Shown here piece by piece: positions 55,512 through 64,000 of a stretch of 64,000 nt of DNA. The notes below the pieces were generated by a model, which saw only the letters and a program-made list of their open reading frames with translations, was not told the origin of the DNA and did no database searches. Numbering within the stretch: the first letter of the stretch is position 1; each line of letters begins with the position of its first letter. The position numbers were made by a program, and so were the translations under genes. Origin of the DNA: Octopus vulgaris (taxonomy: Eukaryota); NCBI GenBank assembly GCA_951406725.2, contig OX597821.1, forward strand, positions 70,990,001 through 71,054,000. Direction: 5' to 3'.

Positions 55512-57100
55512 ATGTATGCATGTGTATATACATAGATATACCTGATGATGTATGTGTATGTGTGTGTGTGTATGTATAAAATGAAGGAGAGAGATAGTCA
55601 GAGACATGATCTCTGTGTCAACATGAGCGACCCTCCAAGAATTTTTTAAAACGTAGAGGTCTGCTCACCACCACTACGACCACCACTTCTGAAATATAGT
55701 AATTAATACTCGTTAATAAATAAACAATTCTTGAAAGTAGAAAATGCAAAATGGGACGTCACTGCTTACCACTATCAACACTACTATTACAAACACACAC
55801 ACATACACACGCATGCACACACTCATACACATGCATGCACACACACACACTATCACTGTCATTGACACTGCCATTGCTCCTACCCTCACGTGACCACCAA
55901 AACTGCCTTTTCATTTCCCACCACACACACCACTACTCACTACCATGGGACTCAGCACACACCACCACCATGAACAAGGTGGATCAAAATGCTAGAAATA
56001 GCAGCAAATCTCCCTCAACTCTCACCCAGTTATCTTAAAATGGACATTGGATAAAATGGTTCCAGGTAGGTTGAATATTAAAAAAAAGCAAATGGAATGG
56101 TCACAGTTGGATTTTTCCACAATCAGTGCTGACCCAGGGCTAAACAGCAACAACAACATAAGCCTATGAAATAACCTCTATGTGATCACATGACCTGCTA
56201 AAACAGCAACTAATCTGCATTTTATCTTTACTAATTCTGCTCTTCATTAATTGGGCAATAATTTCTCATTAACTTTCATAACCAGATCCAACAATTTGAT
56301 GCCTCTCTCTCTCTCTCTCTCTCTTCCTGGGTTTCTCACTCTTGAAAGCTCCAGACACATTAAGTGATCAACACTTCTTTATACAACCATTTGCATCCCA
56401 ACACACCACACATCCATACCATTAAAGTCTTCTTTCTTGCACACTTTGTCTCACTCCTCCGATGCCTAGTTTTTCTCTCACTGCATTTCTCCTTTCTCGT
56501 TCAGACACACAGACATTGCACATCCTATGCAAGATGCTGGCTTCGTTTCTTTACAGCTGTTTCAAGTCTTCTGCAGTCACACTCCATATTTCTAAGCAGC
56601 ATCATGCTTGTATCACAAGCTTCATATAACCTGCCATTCCCTCTGGTGGAAAACAACTATAGCACCAGCAGCAGTAGAAGCTCCCAGAACTTTTTTCACC
56701 CTGTTACTACCCTGGCTGCTACACTTTCAGAGCAACTAACTCCCCAACTAATTAACATCTAGGAAACGAAATCTACCATTTACTTCTAATGAACCATCCA
56801 GGAGTTTAAGAGAATCGATTCCCAGCGGGATCATAATTCATGCTGCCTCCAATGCATCTGTCATGTTATTTTACTTGCTTCAGTTATTAGACTGCGGCCA
56901 TGCTGGGGCACTGCCTTGAAAGATTTTTGTTGAATGAATCAACCGCAGTACTTTTTAATTTTTCTTAAGCCCGAAACTTATTCTATCAGTCTCTTTTGTC
57001 AAACTGTTAGGTTACAGGGATGTAAACACACCAACACTGGTTGAAAAGCAGTGATGGGGAATAAATACAGACACACACAGATATATATATATGTATATAT

Positions 57101-57335
57101 TCAAAATAAGCAACAAGGATATCCAAGGTAGTGTAGTACAATCGTTTCATGCTACTTCATTTTATTAAACACTGTATTACATCAGTTTTAAAATGTCGAG
57201 CAATCTTCAGCCACATATAGAATTTTATAATTAAACGGATAATGCACATCTTTATACTTATTTCATTTGACAACATTACAAAGAGGGTATATATATAGAC
57301 AGAGAGTCTATATATATACCCTCTTTTTAATGTTG
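57101..57335 (-). mobile_element. pLTR fragment with a 30-bp fold-back at its 5' truncation (57271-57300 / 57306-57335)
   Basis: Homologous to 15880-16050. Hairpin caacattacaaagagggtatatatatagac / gtctatatatataccctctttttaatgttg. Confidence 0.72.
57132..57215 (-). ncRNA. Type I hammerhead ribozyme, same family as 15912-15999
   Basis: UGUGG-CUGAAGA-UUGCU...AGCAU-GAAA-CGAUUG-UA-CUACA. The terminal stem I pair is U-A here and A-U in the other copy. Confidence 0.82.
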
Positions 57336-58552
57336 GCATGAATCATACAGTCTACCTTTTACTCTGAGCGAGAGGCCCTTTGTCACCAGCAGAGGTAAGA
57401 GCTCTCTGAACTTTGCCCAAGCTATTCTTATTCTAGAAGCTACACTTTCAGTGCACCCTCCTCCGCTACTGATTTGATCACCTAGATAACGGAAGCTATC
57501 AACTACTTTCTCCCTGGAATGTGGTGGAAGTTGGTCTCTGCGCATTTTCAGTGTTTATCACTCCCAAGCATCTGCCACATACAAAAACTATCTTCCCAGT
57601 TAGCCTTCCTTTGATATTACTGCACCTCTTGTGTCCATAGCTTACACTGGGTACATCTTATAGAGTTTCTACCTACACCTCTACTACAGATTGAGCAGGG
57701 CCATCTACCTGAAGGGGTTTGTGGACTGGCTGCCTTTCTACTTATTAGGACTTTGGTTTTAGCTAGGTTAATTCTAAGGCTCTTCGATTCTAATCCTTGT
57801 TTCCACACTTGAAACTTCTCTTCTAGTTCTGATAGCAATTAGAGCAAGGTCATCAGCATAGAGGAGCTCCCAGGGGCATCCTGTCTGGAATTCCTCCGTT
57901 ATTGCTTGGAGGACTATGATAAATAGGAGGGGGCTGAGGACTGAACATTGGTGGACCCCAACCTCTACCTTGAATTCTTCAGTGTATTCGTTGCCAACCC
58001 TTACCTTACTTACAGCATCCCTGTACATGGCTTGCACAGCTCTCACTAACCATTCATCTATCCCTAATTTCCCCATTGACCACCAGATAAGGGATCGGGG
58101 GACCCTGTCAAAGGCTTTTTCCATGTCAACAAAAGCCAGGTACAGGGTCTTATCTTTGGCTAGGTATTTCTCCTGCAGCTGTCTTACCAGAAATATGGCA
58201 TCAGTGGTGCTTTTCCCTGGCACGAAACCAAACTACATCTCATCCAAGCTGACTCTCTCCCTAATCAGTTGGGCTATGACCCTCTCCGTAACCTTCATTA
58301 TCTGATCCAACAGCTTGATACCTCTGTAATTATTTATATCTAGGGCGTCACCTTTACATTTGTAGCAGTTAACTATTATGCTGCTACACCAGTCATTGGG
58401 TATGACTCTTTAGTGTATCACCTGATTAACTATACGGGTGACTAGGCTGTAGCCAACACTGCCAGATATTTTGAGTATCTCTGCAGTAATTCCTGATGGG
58501 CCTGGGGCTTTCCCTGTCTTCATGCTTCTAATTGCCTTGACTACCAAGGAAC
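57336..58552 (-). mobile_element. RTE/BovB-like LINE RT fragment in the ZNG1 intron
   Basis: ORFs 57774..58223 (FVDMEKAFDRV, LYADDL), 57617..57838 and 57327..57545. Confidence 0.92.
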
Positions 58553-58647
58553 TAAAGATATTAAAATAAACAAACTTTTGATGGTTTTATAGATATTTCA
58601 AACTTATGGTGCAATGATGCTAGGTGTTTTCATTATTTTGTCCAAAC

Positions 58648-58689
<42 letters not shown>

Positions 58690-59456
58690 CAACAGGCTTC
58701 TTTCAGTTTCTGTTTACCAAATCTACTCACAAAGCTTTGATCAGTCTGAGCTATAGTAGAAGACACTTGTCCGAGGGACTGAACCCGGAACTGTGTGGTT
58801 GGGATTCAAGCTTCTTACCACACAGCCACTCCACTTTAGTCTGTCTGTGATTCCACAACATTTCTTGTATATCTATAGCTTAACATTAAGTAAAATGTAC
58901 AGAGTTTATACCGGCTCGTTTTCTATATATATCAAGCAAGGACATTTCCATGAGGATATCAAAGCTCCTGTTCTCTTTCTTGCTCCCTAAAACCTTAGTC
59001 TTTACTAAGTTCCCATTAATGGATCACCAATTTACTGAAAATAATGTCAAATGCCTTCTCCCTGTCGGTGAATGCCAGGAACAATGGTCTATACTCTTAG
59101 CTAAATTTTTTTTTGCAGTTGCCTCACAAGGAAGAATGAATCTGTTATACCTGTTCCAGGTAGGAAAACAAGCAGCCTCTCATCTTGTTCCATTTTCATC
59201 AATTGTGCTTTAAATCCCTTTTGTCATCTTCATAACCTGATACCCTACTTTCACTTCTCTTTGGCTTATCTTTCTCTAAGGAATCTCATTTGTCCTTGTA
59301 GCAGTTTACAAAGACATTTCTACATCAGTCATTGGTAAGATACCATCCTGTATGACTCAGCAATTCAAATGGTATTCACTCACACACACACACACACATT
59401 CAGACTTATTCTTTTACTTGTTTATTTATCATTCTTTACCAAGAATAATATCAATG

Positions 59457-59534
59457 GAGACTTTAAAATTTTGGCCAGCCATCATCAGAATGTCTGTTGA
59501 CAGCTTCACTGGCCAAAACTTAAAACACACTCTC
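59457..59534 (-). ncRNA. Isolated stable hairpin, pre-miRNA-like candidate
   Basis: UUUAAGUUUUGGCC/GGCCAAAAUUUUAAA, AGCUGUCA/UGAUGGCU and CAGA/UCUG stems, in apparently non-repetitive intron sequence. Confidence 0.3.
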
Positions 59535-60511
59535 AACACTATTCATTTTTAAAGAATAAGTTTTTACTCAACCACCTGCATTGAGTAATTCTTGAGTTTA
59601 ATGTAAAATTGTTTTTATTATAGCATAAAAAAATAACCATTAATTTAATACATACACACACACACATATATATACATACACACACACACACATATATATA
59701 TATACACACACATATATACATACAAAAACACACACATATATATATATACACACACATACACAAATATATATATACACACACAGATATGTATATACACACA
59801 CACACACATATATACACACACACATATATATACACACACATATATATATATACACACACACATACACACACACACACACGCATATATAGGTGTTTTTATT
59901 CAAAATGGAGATGAACACCATTCTTCCATGTGATCAACTTGAAAAATTGTTAAGATATTAAGATATAGGCACAGGAGTGGCTGTGCTTACCAAGCAGGAG
60001 TAGCTTGCTTATCAACCACATGGTTCCAGGTTCCTTCCCACTGCATGGCACCTTCAGCAAGTGCCTTCTACTATAGCCTTGAGCCAACTAAAGCCTTGTA
60101 AGTGGATATGATAGACAGAAACTGAAAGAAGCCCATCATGTATGTATGTATATATATATATATGTTTGTGTGTCTGTGTTTGTCTCCCACCCCACCCCAA
60201 CATCGCTTGACAACCGATGCTGGTGTGTTTACGTCCCCGTAACTTAGCAGTTGAGCAAAAGAGAACCGATAGAATAAGTACTAGGCCTTCAAAGAATAAG
60301 TCCTGGGGTCGATTTGCTTTACGTAAAGGCCATGCTCCATCATGGCCGCAGTCAAATGACTGAAACAAATAAAAGAGTAAAAGAATATTTTTCTTCTTTT
60401 TCTTAACATGAAACCAATGGTAGCCATGATTCACAAATAAAGAAATTCGATCCACCAATGCAGTGTTGAGCACTCGTTTTCATCATTTGACATTTACACA
60501 CACACACACAC

Positions 60512-60565
<54 letters not shown>

Positions 60566-60571
<6 letters not shown>

Positions 60572-60740
60572 ATAGACGAAACCGCGGTCTGTGAGTAATT
60601 CTGTTTTTTATATAATTTTCATCTGCCTAATTGTTCTGGTGTCCGTTGAATTTTCCTCTAGAGAACATTCTTTGTAGTTTGATCGTTGGTGATCTATTTC
60701 TAGCATACGGCCGACTACCTAGTGGTTTTGCCCTTTGAAT
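60566..60740 (+). mobile_element. 5'-truncated pLTR-like fragment retaining the 3' half of a hammerhead
   Basis: GAC-GAAA-CCGCGG-UC at 60575-60589 (palindrome ACCGCGGU, GUC site), flanked by (TA)n. Confidence 0.5.
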
Positions 60741-60742
60741 AT

Positions 60743-60793
<51 letters not shown>

Positions 60794-60964
60794 CAGAGTA
60801 GTGGAGGAGGAGGCAGTAATTGTAGCAGTATAGGTAATAGAAGAGGGTCGTTATGAAGACATGCAGAGAGGAAACACTTGATTTCCTAGATAGATGAATG
60901 AATAAATAAAATAAATAAATGGTCAAAGAGCAGATCATCTTCTGGAATAAGGCTTGTTCACAGA

Positions 60965-61245
60965 AATTAACCTTTTCCCAGCCATTTAAGCCCACCACAA
61001 GCCATGGGTAGCAGGAAGAGGTGAGTAAGGACAAAGAGAGAAAAGAAAAGAGGAAGAAAAGTCTAACCATTGCTGACTCTTGAGTCATGAGAGAATCGGT
61101 GAACGGTTGGAGCTTCTTATAATTATTTTACAGCCATTTTCTACAGAATCCTTACATAAGAGACTAAATATTCTGGTTGTGTTTTGCCAAAAGATGGCGC
61201 CATTCATTCCCCTCAGCTATAAACAGCGTTCCTGATTGGCTGAGA
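60965..61245 (-). promoter_or_regulatory. Promoter-like island inside the ZNG1 intron
   Basis: NF-Y box CTGATTGGCTG 61232-61242, TATA-like 61217-61223, YY1-type motifs (AAGATGGCG 61191-61199; CAGCCATTT 61131 and 60979), TGAGTCA 61081-61087, minus-strand donor GTAAGG 61150-61155. Confidence 0.45.
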
Positions 61246-62587
61246 TTCTGATGAATGAAGACCCGGGATGATGAAGAGGAGGTCATCTTTGCAGCATTGG
61301 ACAGGATTCTGTCTTCTTGCTCTCTTCATCTTTTTTTATTTTTTCATCATTTATTTATTCTCGTTGTTGTTGTTGTTGTATTTGTGCAGTTATTGGAGTT
61401 AATTTGTTGTTGTTGTTAATCTGGTTACTGTTTGTGTGGCTGTTGCTAGATTTATTGTTGCTGTTGCTGTTGTTATTGCCAGTTTTATTACTGTTGTTGT
61501 TGTTGTTGTTAAGGGTTTTATCATTATTTTTTAGACCATTGTTGTTGTTGTTGTTGTCCCCAGCCTAATTACTGATATTATTCATGTTTCCATTCTTATT
61601 TCTCTTCTTTTCTTTCTTGTTCTTTTTCTTCTTGCAATAGTCAAAGCTGCTGTTGTTGTTGTTGTAGCTTTTCTCACAACTGTTATCATTCTCATGTTAG
61701 TTGTTGTTCTGGTTCTTTACATTCTGAGTTCAAATCCCACCAAGGTCAACTCAATCTTTCTCCCCTCCAGGGTCACTACAATAAAGTACCAGTCAGATAG
61801 TGGGGGCAATCTCATCCACAATTCCCCTTCTGCAAATTTCAGAAGCAACAATCATCATCATCATCATCATGGGAAGCAATAAGCTGATTGAATCATTACC
61901 ATTCCAGAAGAAATGTTTCGCAGCATTTCTTCTGACTTTATGTTCTTAGATCAAATGGCATCAAGGTTAACTCAGCCTTTCAGTACCAGTTGAGTACTGG
62001 GGTCGATGTAATCAACTTACCCCTTCCCTCGGAAAAACTCCTCCTCCTCGCCGCCACCGCCACTGCCACCACCACCAGCAACAACAACAACAACAACAAC
62101 AATGGAGGGTAGCAAGCTGGACGAAATGCAGAGCAGCATTTCTTGCGGCTCTTTATATTCCCAGTTCAAATCCTGCCAAGGTTGACTTTGCATTTCATCT
62201 TTCTGGGGCCAATTAAATGAGCACCAGTTGAGCAATGATGAGTAACATCTTTTTATTACCAAGTACAAATGCTAACTTTAGTCATTTTGCCCTTGTTTAG
62301 TATTAACAAGTAAATGTATAGAATTGTATGTTTGTTTTAAAATGAAATAATTCTTAAATGTCATCATCATCATTTAAGATCTGTCTTCCATGCTGGCATG
62401 GATTGGACACTTTGACAGGAGGTAGGCAAGGCTGGAGAGCTGCACCAGGTTCGATTGTCTACTTTAGCATGGTTTCTACAGCTGGACACCCTTCCTAATG
62501 CCAATCACTTTACAGGGTGCACTGAGAGCTTTCTATATCGTACCAGCCATTTATATGATAAATAATAATTAAACAGATGAAAGTATT

Positions 62588-62754
62588 CAGTTCTATATTT
62601 GAGAGATGAGGAATTATTTACATTATTTACATTTGACGGATATTTGTCCTCGTCTTGTTTGTTGTTAACACGTTTCAGCTGATATATTCTCCAGCCTTCA
62701 TCAGGTGTCTTGGGGAAATTTCGAACCTGGGTTCTCATTTCTAAGGTATTTTTC

Positions 62755-62793
<39 letters not shown>

Positions 62794-62881
62794 CATTATT
62801 ATTCAGGTCACTGACTGGAATCGAACTCAGAATCTTGGGGTTGGTAGCCCGCGCTCTTAACCACTACGCCACATGCCTGTG
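62588..62881 (-). mobile_element. tRNA-headed SINE with an (AAT)n linker and a hammerhead-containing tail
   Basis: A box TGGCGTAGTGG (62861-62871), B box GAGTTCGATTCC (62817-62828), (AAT)n, then GACAC-CUGAUGA-A-GGCUG...CAGCU-GAAA (62667-62709; this copy lacks 3 nt at the cleavage site). Confidence 0.75.
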
Positions 62882-62896
62882 GGCATATTTCCCCAA

Positions 62897-62942
62897 GACA
62901 CCTGATGAAGGCTGGAGGGTATATCAGCTGAAATGTTGTGTT
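62897..62942 (+). ncRNA. Minimal hammerhead in the inverted duplicate of the SINE tail (about 62888-62999)
   Basis: GACAC-CUGAUGA-A-GGCUG(GAGGGUAUAU)CAGCU-GAAA-UG-UU-GUGUU. Confidence 0.7.
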
Positions 62943-63782
62943 AACAACAAACAAGATGAGGAAAAATGTCCGTCAAATGTAAATAATGTCAATAATGTAG
63001 ATGAAAGTTTTTTTAATGCTTTAAACATTAAAAACACTGAACTAAGCACAAATATGCAATAAAAAAAAAGGGAAAAAAATATTTTTGTCAGCAATGAATA
63101 TCATTTTTCATTAGCAAGCAAAGATAATTAACTTCAGAGGTTTTAAGCGTATTTGCTATCATCACCAATATAAGCACAATGTACTGCTATGTATGCACCG
63201 CCGAGGTCAACTTATCCTTTCATCATTTCGGGGCCAATAAATTAGGTACTAGTTGCATACTGGAGTCAATCTAATCAACTGGCCCCCTCCCTCAAAATTT
63301 CAGGCCTTGGACCTAGAAAAGAATATATGAGATGTTAATAACTAAAGTAGATTTTACAGCTAACCGCAAATCAGCAGCAGCAGCATTTGGCATCTATTTT
63401 CCATGCTGGCATGGGTTGGACAGGGTCAAAGAGGCCACTGGCTGTGTTGACCACTAATGTCAGCTTTGGCATGGTCTCTTCAGCTGGATTCCTTTCCTAA
63501 TGCCAACCACTTAAGAGTATATGCTGGTTGCTTTATATATTAGCTAATATGCTACCTAGGATCTAGAAATGGCCAAGTCCACCAAGGGAGTATAACTGAC
63601 TGCTGTAACTTGTGATCTCTGTAAAAAATTGATGAAAAATTTATGAAGTTGAGCACCACTATAGTAGACGACATTCGCTCAAGGTGTCACACAATGGGAC
63701 TAAACCCAGAACCATGTGGTAGGGAAGCAAGTTTTTACGTGCTACTGGTGCAGGAGGGCTAATATATATATATATATATATA

Positions 63783-64000
63783 TCATCATCATCAACGTTT
63801 AACACCTGCTTTCCATGCTGGCATGGGTTGGACAGTTTGGCTGGAGACTAGCAAGCCAGGAGGCAGCACCAGGCTCCAATCTGATCTGGCAATGTTTCTA
63901 CAGCTGGACGCCCTTCCTAATGCCAACCACTCCGAGAGTGTGGTGGGTGCTTTTTACATGCCACCAGCATGGGAGCCAGTTAAGCGGCACTGGGATCGAC
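63783..64000 (-). mobile_element. RTE 3'-UTR fragment (others at about 40680-41020, 44450-44680, 47545-47715, 48190-48510, 62360-62540 and 63390-63520)
   Basis: Shared ttccatgctggcatgggttggac...cagctggatgcccttcctaatgccaaccac and (CAT)n tail. Confidence 0.8.

Noticed and set aside
59460-59600. H/ACA snoRNA, C/D snoRNA or SECIS reading of the two hairpins
   Set aside because: No terminal ACA, C/D spacing too short, no SECIS quartet or AA loop, and the site is intronic.
61156-61216. Minus-strand LRGMNGAIFWQNTTR resembling the missing ZNG1 exon (human IRSINGLGQILETQR)
   Set aside because: Weak acceptor, no phase-2 donor at the expected position, and the conserved small/aliphatic pattern is absent; probably chance.
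62800-62880. tRNA gene
   Set aside because: A and B boxes are present but there is no full cloverleaf acceptor stem; it is a SINE head.
63556-63618. Minus-strand exon-like segment with a ttttttacag acceptor
   Set aside because: Weak donor (GTAGCA), no ZNG1 similarity, and it abuts an RTE 3'UTR fragment.

Overview
AT-rich, microsatellite-saturated animal genomic DNA. The repeat repertoire (tRNA/Nin-Deu-type SINEs, RTE/BovB, R4/Dong, maT/mariner, Penelope-like elements in (TA)n) looks like an octopod cephalopod; this is inference. Almost all ORF-track entries are microsatellite artefacts. Host-gene content is small. (1) Five 3' coding exons of a minus-strand ZNG1/CBWD (COG0523 Zn-metallochaperone) gene lie at 44283-49641 and splice in phase; its upstream exons were not found in the window. 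(2) A probable signal-peptide first coding exon of a second minus-strand gene lies at 21553-21658. The main hidden signal is a dozen or more type I hammerhead-ribozyme motifs (CUGAnGA-stem II-GAAA-palindromic stem III-UH-stem I), intact or decayed, from many unrelated families. Most sit in Penelope-like pseudo-LTR fragments, often with fold-back inversions. One lies directly downstream of a Penelope RT-GIY-YIG ORF, and one forms the tail of a tRNA-headed SINE. The ZNG1 intron also holds a promoter-like island whose short exon would create an in-frame AUG across the splice junction, and a miRNA-like hairpin. Repeat boundaries are approximate. Exon and ribozyme coordinates were counted by hand, and no searches or folding programs were run.
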